This document shows positions 17,897 to 27,295 of a DNA stretch of 43,552 nt, in pieces. Below the pieces are notes generated by a model, which was given only the letters and a program-made list of their open reading frames with translations, ran no database searches and was not told where the DNA came from. This DNA is from a virus (lineage: Duplodnaviria; Caudoviricetes): positions 1-43,552 of the IMG/VR virus record IMGVR_UViG_3300005286_000039; one strand, given 5' to 3'. Every line of letters starts with the position of its first letter. Position 1 is the stretch's first letter. The translations under genes were made by a program, and so were the position numbers.

Positions 17897-18147
17897 GAAT
17901 CACCTGCCCAAACTGCAAGAAGCGGGGGCACTACTCGCCGCCCGCTATCACCTGCGGGAACCGGATGACCGTCTCCGGCATCCCGACCGGCCTGACGCTC
18001 GAGATCGACAACTGGCAGGCCACCACCATGCGCGCCGAGTGCGGCCGCTGCGGCCACTCCTGGCAGGTCTGGCCGGGGTCGTCCGGACCAATCGGCTCTC
18101 CAGGCCCCGCAGAGACCAAGCCGGACGGACCCGAAAATACCAAGTGA
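17893..18147 (+). CDS. Small zinc-ribbon protein
   Basis: MRITCPNC ... AECGRCGHSW; GGAGG RBS. Confidence 0.65.
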   Translation: MRITCPNCKKRGHYSPPAITCGNRMTVSGIPTGLTLEIDNWQATTMRAECGRCGHSWQVWPGSSGPIGSPGPAETKPDGPENTK

Positions 18148-18192
18148 GGAACGACGGATAGAAGGCTGGGAAGGCTGAGAGGACGGGAGATC

Positions 18193-18681
18193 ATGAGCGA
18201 AGAGAACAAGACCGAACACCGTAAAAAACGGGCGATGCTGGCGGCACTGGCGCGCACCGGTGTTGTCGTCGAAGCGTGCCGGGCCGCGAAGGTCGGGCGC
18301 ACCAGCCATTACGCCTGGCTGAAGGAAGACCCTCAGTACGCCGCCGCCGTGGAGGACGCTATGGAGCAGGCTGCCGACCTCCTGGAAGCGGAGGCACGCC
18401 TGCGGGCCACTGAGGGCGTCGAAGAGCCGATCATCGGCCGCGTGGGCAAGGACCAGGACGGCGTGATCACCACCGTCCGGAAGAAGTCCGACACACTGCT
18501 GATCTTCCTCCTGAAGGGGCGCCGCCCCGAGGTCTTCCGGGAGCGTGCCGAAGTGCGCCACACCGGGGGCGTGAACGTCTCGGGCATTGACCTCTCCAAG
18601 CTCTCCGCGGCGGAACTGGCCCAGGTGGAGGCACTGCTGTCCAAGGCGGCCGAGGGTGGGGATGCGCCTGCCCAGTCTTGA
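18193..18681 (+). CDS. Terminase small subunit
   Basis: LAALARTGVVVEACRAAKVGRTSHYAW, EAEARLRA.EG, SDTLLIFLLKG.RPE; upstream of the large subunit. Confidence 0.85.
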   Translation: MSEENKTEHRKKRAMLAALARTGVVVEACRAAKVGRTSHYAWLKEDPQYAAAVEDAMEQAADLLEAEARLRATEGVEEPIIGRVGKDQDGVITTVRKKSDTLLIFLLKGRRPEVFRERAEVRHTGGVNVSGIDLSKLSAAELAQVEALLSKAAEGGDAPAQS

Positions 18682-20218
18682 GGCCGTCCGCGCCGAACTC
18701 TCCCGCCGCTCGCTCTCTGCCTTCATCCGCCACGGCTGGCACGTGCAGGAACCCACAGCCGCCCTGGACTGGAACTGGCACATCGACGCGATCGCCGAGC
18801 ACCTCCAGGCCGCCACCGAAGGGTGGATAGCGAAGCAGCGGGACCCGAACGCCTTCCAGGCCATTCAGAACCTGGTGGTGAACGTTCCGCCGGGCACGGC
18901 GAAATCGCGCATCGTCTCCGTGCTCTGGCCCGCCTGGGTGTGGACGCGCTGGCCCGCATTTCGGTGGATCTTCCTCTCCTCCAATCCCCGCGTGGCGCTG
19001 CGCGACTCCGTGTATTGCCGCGACGTCGTGATCTCCCCCTGGTACCAGTCATGGTTCGAACCAGCGTGGAAGCTGCGCGACGACGACAACGCCAAGGGCA
19101 AGTTCGCCAACTCTGCCGGCGGGTACCGCTCCGCCTTCGGCTTCTCCAGCCGGATCACCGGAGACCGGGCGGACGCCATCGTCTGGGACGACCCGCACGA
19201 CGCCGAGGAAGTCAATAGCGACGCCCTGCGCCTGGAGGTGATCGACCGCTGGGACAACGCGATCGGTAACCGTGTCAATGACCTTCGGTGCTCGCTCCGT
19301 GTCGGGATCATGCAGCGGCTCCACGAGGCGGACCTGACGGGGCACGTGCTGAAGCAGGGTGGGTGGGAGCACTTGCGCCTGCCCATGGAGTTCGACCCGA
19401 CGCCCGCCTGCGAGTGCCCGTCCTGCCAGAAGGGGGAGACCGCCATTGGCTGGCGCGACCCCCGGACGAAGGAGGGCGAGCTGCTCTTCCCCCAGCGCTT
19501 CCCGTCCGCGGTACTGGCCGCGGAGCGCACCCGCCTCGGGGAAGCGGGATATGCGGGGCAGATGCAGCAGCGGCCCAGCCCCGCCGGCGGCACCATCCTG
19601 AAGCGCAAGTGGTGGCGCTACTGGCACCCGCATGACAAGCCCGCCCCGCCGCCCGTGCGGGTGCGCCTGCCGCAGAGCGAGGGGGGCGGCGACCTCGAAA
19701 TCCCCTCTATTCCCTTCGACCCGGCCACGGCCTCGGAGTGGCTGCAGTCCTGGGACATGAGCTTCAAAGACACCAGCAGCGCCGACTTCGTCGCGGGCCA
19801 GGTGTGGGCGCGCAGGGAGGCGGACGTCTTCCTGACTGACCAGTTCCACGACCGCGCCGACTTCGCCGCCACCTGCACCGCGGTGGTGCGGCTGAGCGAC
19901 CGCAACCCGCACGTCTCGGCGAAGCTCGTGGAGGACAAAGCCAACGGCCCGGCGGTGATCTCGGCGCTCGGCAGCAAGGTGGGCGGGCTCATCGCCGTGG
20001 AGCCGCAGGGGGGCAAGATCGCGCGGGCCAACGCCGCGGCGCCCTCGGTGGAAGCCGGTAACGTCTACGTGCCCCACCCGGCCTACGCGCCCTGGGTGCT
20101 CGGCTTCCTCGCCGAGTGCGATGCCTTCCCCAACGGCGCCAATGACGACCGGGTCGACGCCTTCACCCAAATGGCCGCAAGGTGGCTCGTCCGCGCCGCG
20201 CAGACCTGGAGTTTCTGA
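18662..20218 (+). CDS. Terminase large subunit
   Basis: NVPPGTAKS, ITG.RAD...DDPH, MQRLHE.DL, SWDMSFKD, EDKANG, FPNGANDDRVDA. Confidence 0.95.
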   Translation: MRLPSLEAVRAELSRRSLSAFIRHGWHVQEPTAALDWNWHIDAIAEHLQAATEGWIAKQRDPNAFQAIQNLVVNVPPGTAKSRIVSVLWPAWVWTRWPAFRWIFLSSNPRVALRDSVYCRDVVISPWYQSWFEPAWKLRDDDNAKGKFANSAGGYRSAFGFSSRITGDRADAIVWDDPHDAEEVNSDALRLEVIDRWDNAIGNRVNDLRCSLRVGIMQRLHEADLTGHVLKQGGWEHLRLPMEFDPTPACECPSCQKGETAIGWRDPRTKEGELLFPQRFPSAVLAAERTRLGEAGYAGQMQQRPSPAGGTILKRKWWRYWHPHDKPAPPPVRVRLPQSEGGGDLEIPSIPFDPATASEWLQSWDMSFKDTSSADFVAGQVWARREADVFLTDQFHDRADFAATCTAVVRLSDRNPHVSAKLVEDKANGPAVISALGSKVGGLIAVEPQGGKIARANAAAPSVEAGNVYVPHPAYAPWVLGFLAECDAFPNGANDDRVDAFTQMAARWLVRAAQTWSF

Positions 20219-20286
20219 GGCGCAGGGCCGTCAGAAACCCCGGGGGAGGCAGGCGTACCCACTACTGCGTGGTTCTACACATTTTC

Positions 20287-20316
20287 TTGACAGCGCCTCA
20301 AGCCTGCCTGTACACT
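20287..20316 (+). promoter_or_regulatory. Sigma70 promoter TTGACA-18-TACACT upstream of the head genes
   Basis: Consensus -35 at 20287-20292 and -10 at 20311-20316. Confidence 0.7.
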
Positions 20317-20351
20317 TCCCTTAACAGTCGCATATTGTGACGGCGATTTAG

Positions 20352-20411
20352 AAGCGCCGCCCTGGAAGTCCTCCCGCAGTGGGGGCATCCGGGGCGGCGC
20401 TTTTCGTTTTT
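20352..20411 (+). terminator. Terminator-like hairpin between that promoter and the portal gene
   Basis: Stem AAGCGCCGCCCTGGA/TCCGGGGCGGCGCTT followed by TTCGTTTTT. Confidence 0.6.
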
Positions 20412-20450
20412 AAGCTTCGGTTCGGCGGGAGAAGGGGAGATCACGACCGC

Positions 20451-22931
20451 ATGGCGGCAGCCGTATCGGGGTGGGCGCTGCGTGAGAGGCTGACGGGGTG
20501 GCTCAAGGCCGCCGCCGGCGCCGCTTCGTCGCGCCCCCCGATGCCCACCGGCCAGATGGCCGGCAGTTGGTTCGGCGGCCTCTTCGGGCGCCGTCTCCCC
20601 GGCACCAACTTTGACTTCGAGACCGCGGTAGGCGACCCCACGCTCAACAGTGTGGTGTCCGCCTGCCTGCGCTTCATCACCGAAGCCGTCTGCGCTGCTC
20701 GCCCCCGGGTCGTGGAGGTGCGCGCCGACGGCACCGAGCGGCCCGTGCCGAATCACCCGCTCGCCGCGCTCTTTGAAAACCCGAACCCGTCCTACAGCTT
20801 CGGCACCCTGCAGGGGATGGTCCTGCGGGACCTCCTGGCAGGCTACGACAACGTCAGGAACGGCGGCAACGGCTACGTGCAGAAGACCCGCGCGGGCATG
20901 CGCGAGACGGCGCCCGTCAAGGAGCTGCACTACCTTCCCGCCAAGTTCGTGAGCCCCGAAGGCCCGGCTGGCGCGCTGACCGAGGTGTACTGCTACCAGC
21001 CGGGCCTGACGCGCGAGGAGTACTCCCCCCGCGACGTCGTGCACTTCCGGTGGGGCATCGACCCCAGCGACATGCGGCGCGGCCGCTCCCCCCTGTACGC
21101 CTGCCTCAAAGAGATCGCCGCCGACAACGAGGCCAGCACCTACAGCGCGTCCATCCTGAGGAACGGCGGCGTGCCGCCTGTGATCCTGTCCCCGAAGGAG
21201 AAGGACCTGGTCTCCCCCTTCGGCGTCGGCGCGGATGGCGAGGCGCAAAAGCGGGCGCTCAAGCAGCAGTATCGCGAAGCGACCACCGGCGACCGGCGCG
21301 GCGAGGCGCTCATGACGCCGTTCGCGATCGACGTGAACCAGCTCGCGTTCAACCCGGAGCAGATGGACCTCTCCGCGGTGCGCGCCACCCCGGAGGAGCG
21401 CATCTGCGCGGTGTACGGCGTTGCCCCGATCGTCGCCCACCTGGGCGCCGGCCTGAAGGCAGCCACCTACAGCAACTACGAGCAGGCGATTCAGTCGACC
21501 ATCGACTTCGCGATCGTGCCGCTGCTGGAAGACCTGGCCCGGGAGTGGACGCGCCAGCTTCTGCACCCGGACTTCGAGGACCGGCCGAACCTGCGCGTGG
21601 CCTACGACACGACGAAGCTGCCCTCCTTCGCCGACGATCGGCGCCAGGAGGCGGAGACGATGGGCAAGCTGGCCGACGCCGCCTCGAAGCTCATCGCCGC
21701 GGGCTACGACCCGGAAGAGGTGGCCGCAGGCCTGAAGCTGCCGGTGCAGACGTGGCTGGGGCTGCCCGCGGCGCCGGCCCCAGACCCACAGGCGGAAGGG
21801 GGCGGCGCGAAGTCGGGGATGCCCCCTTTTACCCGTAGGGGGCGGCGCAAGGAGCGGCCGGAGGCGGACGCCGACCTGTACCGCGCCGTGGAGAAGTTCC
21901 GGGCGGGGCTGAGGCGCTCCGAGGCGGGCGCGGTGCGCGCCATGGCCGCGGCGCTGAAGACGGCGGAGGCGGCCATACGGGCCGCGCAGGACGCCCTGAT
22001 CGAGCGCATGGAGGAGGCGGTGGCGCGGGGCGAGACGATCAACCTGGGCTGGCTGATGGACTCGCAGCGCTACCGCGAACTGCTCGAGCAGGTGCGGGAG
22101 GCGTATGCGGCCTTGGCGGAGGGCGGCGCGCCGGCAGCCGTGGCGGAGGCGCAGGCCGCGGCGATCGAAGCGGCGACGGGGGAGCGGCTGGGGGCGGTGT
22201 ACCGGGCGGCGCTCGGGCCGCTGCCTGAGGGGATGACGGAGGGGCAGGTGGTGCGGGCGGATCAGGCGCGGGGCGCCTTCCGCGCCCACCTGCCCGTTTC
22301 GACCATCGAGGCGCTCGTGGGGTTCGCGGGGGACGGCAGCCCGCTCGCCGACCTGATCGCCGAGATCGCCCCGAAGGCGCAGGAGGCGTTCCGCGCGGCC
22401 CTGGTGGGTGGCGTGGCCCTGGGGAAGAACCCGCGCGAGATCGCCCGGGACCTGGCCGCGCAGACCGGTATCCAGCGCAACCGGGCGCTGACCATCGCGC
22501 GCACCGAGACCCTGCGGGCGGCCCGCGAGGCGTCCCGGGAGGCGTACGCGGCCAACGCGGACGTGGTGGCGGGGTGGGTGTGGCTGTCGGCGCTCGACCT
22601 GCGCTCCTGCCCGATCTGCTGGGCGATGCACGGGTCCGAGCACGGGACGGGGGAGCGCATGGGGACGCACCCCTCCTGCCGGTGCACGATGGTGCCGCGG
22701 ACGAAGAGCTGGGCGGAACTGCTGGGGGATGACACCCTGCCGGACACGCGGCCGCAGGTGGAGAGCGGGGAGGCGGTCCTCTCGCGCCTGACGGAGGAGC
22801 AGCAGCGCCATGTCCTGGGGCCGGAGCGCTGGCGGCTGTGGGTGGAAGGCATGGGGCTTTCGGAAATGGTGGATCTCGTGCACGACGAACGGTGGGGAGC
22901 GGCGCGGCGGCTGAAGCCGCTGGAGGCGTAA
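20451..22931 (+). CDS. Portal protein fused to MuF (SPP1 gp7-like) head morphogenesis domain
   Basis: Portal motifs NHPL..L..PNP, GNGY, VVHFR, GRSPL, NGGVP, ICAVYGV.P, ATYSNYEQA; MuF motifs RALTIARTE, WLSALDLRSCPICWAMHG, HPSCRC. Start uncertain. Confidence 0.9.
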   Translation: MAAAVSGWALRERLTGWLKAAAGAASSRPPMPTGQMAGSWFGGLFGRRLPGTNFDFETAVGDPTLNSVVSACLRFITEAVCAARPRVVEVRADGTERPVPNHPLAALFENPNPSYSFGTLQGMVLRDLLAGYDNVRNGGNGYVQKTRAGMRETAPVKELHYLPAKFVSPEGPAGALTEVYCYQPGLTREEYSPRDVVHFRWGIDPSDMRRGRSPLYACLKEIAADNEASTYSASILRNGGVPPVILSPKEKDLVSPFGVGADGEAQKRALKQQYREATTGDRRGEALMTPFAIDVNQLAFNPEQMDLSAVRATPEERICAVYGVAPIVAHLGAGLKAATYSNYEQAIQSTIDFAIVPLLEDLAREWTRQLLHPDFEDRPNLRVAYDTTKLPSFADDRRQEAETMGKLADAASKLIAAGYDPEEVAAGLKLPVQTWLGLPAAPAPDPQAEGGGAKSGMPPFTRRGRRKERPEADADLYRAVEKFRAGLRRSEAGAVRAMAAALKTAEAAIRAAQDALIERMEEAVARGETINLGWLMDSQRYRELLEQVREAYAALAEGGAPAAVAEAQAAAIEAATGERLGAVYRAALGPLPEGMTEGQVVRADQARGAFRAHLPVSTIEALVGFAGDGSPLADLIAEIAPKAQEAFRAALVGGVALGKNPREIARDLAAQTGIQRNRALTIARTETLRAAREASREAYAANADVVAGWVWLSALDLRSCPICWAMHGSEHGTGERMGTHPSCRCTMVPRTKSWAELLGDDTLPDTRPQVESGEAVLSRLTEEQQRHVLGPERWRLWVEGMGLSEMVDLVHDERWGAARRLKPLEA

Positions 22932-22934
22932 GGC

Positions 22935-23828
22935 ATGGAGCGCAAGGAGTTCGAGTTCAACCTGAAAGCCGCGGCGGCGGACGCACCGGATTCCGGCCTG
23001 TCCGAGAACGAGTTCGAGGGCATCGGTAATGCGTTCGGCAACCTCGACAGCTACGGGGACGTGACCCTCCCCGGCGCGTTCCAGGGCACGCTCAAGCGCT
23101 TCCAGGCGGAGGGCGTGCTGCTGTACCAGCACCGCCCCTCCATGGTGCTCGGCAAGCCCGTCGACGCCAAGGAGGTGCAGGAGGGGCTGTACCTCCGGGG
23201 GCGCATCTCGGAGACCACGCTTGGCAAGGACGTGCTCACGCTCCTGCGGGACGGGGTGCTGCGGAAGATGTCCATCGGCTACAACACCGTCCGCGCCGAG
23301 TGGTTCGACTCCGTGGAGGCGTTCCGCAAGTGGTGCAAGACGCAGGGGCTGACGGACCGCATCCACTGGGACACGCTCAAGGACTGGAAGTACTCCATCC
23401 GGGCGCTCGCCGAGTGCAATCTCTGGGAGGTGTCCGTGGTGACCTTTCCGGCCAATACCCTGAGCGACGTGACCGGCGTCAAGGACGACACCGACGCGGC
23501 CGAGGGGGTTCGCCTGGGCGCCCTGCGCCGACGGATCGCGATTCTGGCGGAGACGCTGCCGGAGTCGGCGCGGGCGGCCCGCGGGCAGCTCGAGAACGTG
23601 CTGCAGATGATCGACCGGTCGGGGCGGGCCGAGGCGCGGCCGGCGAACATGAAGGATTTCGAGGGCTTCCTGTGTGACGCAGGCGGGTTCTCACGGCGGG
23701 AGGCGAAGGTGATCGCCTCCGAGGGGTTCCGTACGCTCCTGCGCGACGCTGAGAGCGGCGACAGCGGAAACAGTGACAACGACGTGGCGGAAGGGCTCAA
23801 GAGCCTTCTCGCCACCCTGAGAGCGTAG
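22935..23828 (+). CDS. HK97-family prohead protease
   Basis: FEG...FGNLDSYGDV..PGAF, LYQH, MSIGY, LWEVSVVTFPAN. Confidence 0.93.
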   Translation: MERKEFEFNLKAAAADAPDSGLSENEFEGIGNAFGNLDSYGDVTLPGAFQGTLKRFQAEGVLLYQHRPSMVLGKPVDAKEVQEGLYLRGRISETTLGKDVLTLLRDGVLRKMSIGYNTVRAEWFDSVEAFRKWCKTQGLTDRIHWDTLKDWKYSIRALAECNLWEVSVVTFPANTLSDVTGVKDDTDAAEGVRLGALRRRIAILAETLPESARAARGQLENVLQMIDRSGRAEARPANMKDFEGFLCDAGGFSRREAKVIASEGFRTLLRDAESGDSGNSDNDVAEGLKSLLATLRA

Positions 23829-23842
23829 GAGCAGCAGCAACC

Positions 23843-25153
23843 ATGGCAGAAGTCAAGGAACTGATCGACGGCGTGCAGAGCGCCTTCGAGGAGTTCAAGC
23901 GGACCAACGACGCGCGCCTCAAGGCTCTGGAAGAGGGCCGGAGTGCTGGCGAGTTCGAGGAGAAGCTGGCGAAGATCAACACGGCCATCGACGAGCAGCA
24001 GGACGAGCTGAAGGCGCTCGCCACGAAGCTGAACCGGCCCAGCCTGTCCACTGCCGCCGGCGCGGCGGACTTCCTGGCGCAGGTCAAGGCGCAGTACGGC
24101 AAGGATGCGGCCAAGTCCATCAAGGCGTACTTCCGCACCGCCCCGAACGTGCGCGGCGACTACGGCAAGGGCTACGAGCAGTGGCTGCGCACCGGCGAGG
24201 AGAAGGGGCTGGCCGACCTACAGCAGCAGGTGTTCGGTGAGTTCAAGGCGTTCTCGAACGGCTCGGACCCGGACGGCGGCTACTTCGTCCACCCCGACCT
24301 GTCGGGGCAGATCGTGATGCGCATCTGGGAGTCGTCCCCGGTCCGGCAGTACGCGGCGGTACAGACCATCTCCACCGACAAGCTCGTCGGCTTCCGCGAC
24401 CGTGAGGACATGGACGCCGGGTGGGTCGGGGAGACGCAGTCGCGCCCCGAGACCAACACGCCGGAGCGCGGGCGGTGGGAAATCTCCGTCCACGAGCAGT
24501 ACGCCAAGCCGAAGGTCACCCAACAGCACCTGGAGGATGCGGCCTACGACGTCGAGGGCTATCTCGAAGGGCGTATCGCCGACAAGTTCGGGCGCATGGA
24601 GGCGGCCGCCTTCGTCACGGGCAACGGCGCCGGCAAGCCGCGCGGCTTCACGACCTACAGCACGGCGGCGACCGCGGACGCCACACGCGCGGACAAGACG
24701 TTCGAGCACGTGCTCTCCGGCGCGGACGGCGCGTTCAAGGCCGCCAACAGCAATCCCGCCGACTGCCTGGTGGACGCGGTCCACGCACTCAAGGCCGATT
24801 ACCGGCCCGGCGCGGTGTGGATGATGGCGCGCCTGACTGTCGGCGCGGTGCGCAAGATCAAGGACACCACCGGCGTCTACCTCTGGCAGCCCTCGCTCCA
24901 GCTCGCGCAGCCCGCGACGCTCCTTGGCTACCCGATCGCCGAGGCCGAGGACATGCCCGCGCTTGCCGCGGACTCCCTGTCTATCGCATTCGGCAATTTC
25001 CGCCGCGGCTACCAGATCGTCGACCGCGTCGGCATCTCTACCCTGCGCGACCCCTACTCCTCGAAGCCGTTCGTCGAGTTCTATTCGCGCCGCCGGGTGG
25101 GTGGGGACGTCATTGACTGGGAGGCGATCAAGTTCGTCAAGTTCGGCGACTAA
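23843..25153 (+). CDS. Major capsid protein, HK97 family
   Basis: Coiled-coil delta domain, DGGYFVHP, GWVGE, GNG.GKPRG, LKD..G.YLWQP, FGNF.RGY.IVDR, RVGG. Confidence 0.95.
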   Translation: MAEVKELIDGVQSAFEEFKRTNDARLKALEEGRSAGEFEEKLAKINTAIDEQQDELKALATKLNRPSLSTAAGAADFLAQVKAQYGKDAAKSIKAYFRTAPNVRGDYGKGYEQWLRTGEEKGLADLQQQVFGEFKAFSNGSDPDGGYFVHPDLSGQIVMRIWESSPVRQYAAVQTISTDKLVGFRDREDMDAGWVGETQSRPETNTPERGRWEISVHEQYAKPKVTQQHLEDAAYDVEGYLEGRIADKFGRMEAAAFVTGNGAGKPRGFTTYSTAATADATRADKTFEHVLSGADGAFKAANSNPADCLVDAVHALKADYRPGAVWMMARLTVGAVRKIKDTTGVYLWQPSLQLAQPATLLGYPIAEAEDMPALAADSLSIAFGNFRRGYQIVDRVGISTLRDPYSSKPFVEFYSRRRVGGDVIDWEAIKFVKFGD

Positions 25154-25219
25154 AGCGCGCCGGCCCGACTTCGTGAGACAGGCCCGGGGGGATGGCTCCC
25201 CGGGCCGGAGGCAAGAAAA

Positions 25220-25654
25220 ATGGATCGCTCGATCCTGAACAACTGCGAAATTCGGCGGCTGTCGAACGCCGTCGCGGACGGGACGTCGGCCGTGGAGCCG
25301 GCCGCCATCGACATGCAGGGGTGGGGCGGCATCTGCGTCATCGCGGCGCTCGGCACCGTTACCGCGGGCGGCCAGGTGCTCACCCTCAAGCAGAGCGACG
25401 ACAGCGGCGGTACCCCCGACGACTTCGACGCGATCGTCGCCACGGCCGCGAACGCCGCCGCGGACGACAACAAGCTGCTCATCGCCGAGGTGTACCACCC
25501 GACCAAGCGCTACATTCAGGTTTCGCTGGGGCGCACGGGCTCGACCGTCGTGGACGGCATCATCGCGGTCCTCTTCCGCCCGCACGTCGTCCCGGTGACC
25601 CAGGGATCGACGGTGGCGCAGATCGCGACAGCCGCGTCTCCGGACGAGGTGTAA
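25220..25654 (+). CDS. Putative head decoration/accessory protein
   Basis: Position after capsid; IDMQGW...LKQSDD...KRYI beta-rich pattern. Confidence 0.6.
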   Translation: MDRSILNNCEIRRLSNAVADGTSAVEPAAIDMQGWGGICVIAALGTVTAGGQVLTLKQSDDSGGTPDDFDAIVATAANAAADDNKLLIAEVYHPTKRYIQVSLGRTGSTVVDGIIAVLFRPHVVPVTQGSTVAQIATAASPDEV

Positions 25655-25690
25655 GGGGAGAGAAGGAAGAGGGGAGTAGAGGTGGCGGCA

Positions 25691-26188
25691 ATGACCCAGG
25701 AAGAAGCGCTGGCGCGGCTGATGCGGATGTGCCCGCCGGACGCGTACCCGGAACTCACGGAGGCCGAGCTGCTGGAGGTGCTGGAGGATTCCGCACGCCC
25801 GGCGGCCTGGGTTGCCGCCACCGCCTACGTGGTGGGGGACTTCCTCACCACGGCCGCCGGGCGCCTGCAGCAATGCGTCCGGGCCGGCACCAGCGGCGCC
25901 GCGGAGCCCGCGTGGCCGGGCGCCGAATACTCGGAAACCCTCGCCGGCAGCCTGGTGGGGGTGCGGACGGATGAAGGCGATGGCGCGCCGCTGTGGGAAG
26001 ACGCCGGGGTGTCGCAGCCGGCGGGCTACGACCTGCGGGCGGCTGCGCACCTGGGGTGGCACCGCAAGGCCGAGCGCGCCGCGGGCGTGGTCGACACGTC
26101 CGACCCGGGGCGCTCCATCAAGGCGTCGCAGGCGTTCGACCACTGCATGCGCAAGGCGGCCAGCTACGAGCCGCTGGGGTTTGTTTAA
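25691..26188 (+). CDS. Putative head-tail connector with an inserted carbohydrate-binding-like segment
   Basis: YPELTEAEL, YDLRAAAHLGW.RKA; internal W.AATAY.VGD...C..AGTSG..EPAWP. Confidence 0.6.
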   Translation: MTQEEALARLMRMCPPDAYPELTEAELLEVLEDSARPAAWVAATAYVVGDFLTTAAGRLQQCVRAGTSGAAEPAWPGAEYSETLAGSLVGVRTDEGDGAPLWEDAGVSQPAGYDLRAAAHLGWHRKAERAAGVVDTSDPGRSIKASQAFDHCMRKAASYEPLGFV

Positions 26189-26592
26189 TGAGCGGCCTTG
26201 TACCCTCCGGCCTGCTCCGGAGCGCCCGGAAGATGGCGCTGCGCGGCCTGTCGCGCCCCTGCCGCATCGAGCGGGTGCAGGACGGGCAGGACGCCGCCGG
26301 CGCCCCCACCCAACAGATGATGCCGCTTGCGGAGTGCCTGTGCCACGTGTCGGAGCCGCGCGGCCAGCGGGTGACCGAGGCGGGGGAGCAGGTGCAGATC
26401 CTGGCCGACGCCGAGGTGGAACTGCCGTGGGATCAGGACGTGCAGGCCACGGACGAGCTGGTGGTGACCGAGGAGAGCGGCGTCAAGACCCGCTATGAGG
26501 TCATCGGCTCGAACGCGGGGGTGACGGACCGCATCCGGCTGGTCGCCAAGTGCGTCCGGGCGGACAGGGCGGGGCAGGGGGTGCATCTCTGA
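26188..26592 (+). CDS. Putative head closure / head-tail adaptor
   Basis: CRIER...D.AG, LPWDQDV..TD.L, RYEV; position. Confidence 0.6.
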   Translation: MSGLVPSGLLRSARKMALRGLSRPCRIERVQDGQDAAGAPTQQMMPLAECLCHVSEPRGQRVTEAGEQVQILADAEVELPWDQDVQATDELVVTEESGVKTRYEVIGSNAGVTDRIRLVAKCVRADRAGQGVHL

Positions 26593-26801
26593 TGCTCGGA
26601 CCGGTGAAGATCGGCGCCAAGACGACGTGGGCGGCCCTCCTGGGTTTGGGCCTCATCTACGAGATTTACACGCTGGCCAATCGGCGCCAGCGGGACACGC
26701 TGAGCAACCTCGTCTGGGAGGGGACCGACGCCTCCCCGCTCGTGCCCCTGGTCATCGGGGTGATCGTGGGCCACTGGTTCTGGCCCCGGAAGGATGTATA
26801 G
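26592..26801 (+). CDS. Small two-TM membrane protein
   Basis: WAALLGLGLIYE...DTLS..VW...LVIGVIVGHWFW. Confidence 0.65.
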   Translation: MLGPVKIGAKTTWAALLGLGLIYEIYTLANRRQRDTLSNLVWEGTDASPLVPLVIGVIVGHWFWPRKDV

Positions 26802-26805
26802 CAGC

Positions 26806-27291
26806 ATGGCAGTGACCAAGCAGGAGATACTGACCGCCCTCGGGCTCACCGAAGCGCAGTTCACGGCGGCGGTTAAGATTGCGAGCGCAATCGCGCTCCT
26901 GGACGCGGAGAGCGTCGGCGCCGGCGGCACCGGCTTCACGGTCGAGGGCCTGGCGAGTGGCGTCGCCATCAGCGGGGTATCGGCCCAGATCACGGGCTAC
27001 ACGGAGGCGATCGAGGCGCAGCGCGCCGGCGCCGTGGCCGCCAACGAGGCCGCGGAGGCGGCGCTGCAGCCGGACTATGCGCGCATCGCGGAGCTGGAGA
27101 TCCTGGAGGAGCCGACCACCGCGGACCTGGTGGAGCTGGCGACCCTCAACGCCCGGGTGAAGAGGGTGCGCGCCGAGTGTACGGCCCGCACGGCCGCCGC
27201 GGAGGCGTTCGCGCAGGGAGCCGCCCCAACCATCGCAGCCCTGGAGGAGCGTCTTCGCAGGCTCGCCACGGGCGACCTGAGCGCGGTGTAG
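26806..27291 (+). CDS. Hypothetical helical protein
   Basis: AAGGA RBS; Ala/Glu-rich; fits the operon. Confidence 0.6.
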   Translation: MAVTKQEILTALGLTEAQFTAAVKIASAIALLDAESVGAGGTGFTVEGLASGVAISGVSAQITGYTEAIEAQRAGAVAANEAAEAALQPDYARIAELEILEEPTTADLVELATLNARVKRVRAECTARTAAAEAFAQGAAPTIAALEERLRRLATGDLSAV

Positions 27292-27295
27292 CACG

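Noticed and set aside
20379-20450. GTG start of the portal ORF in the track
   Set aside because: Lies inside the terminator hairpin; ATG 20451 or later is more plausible.
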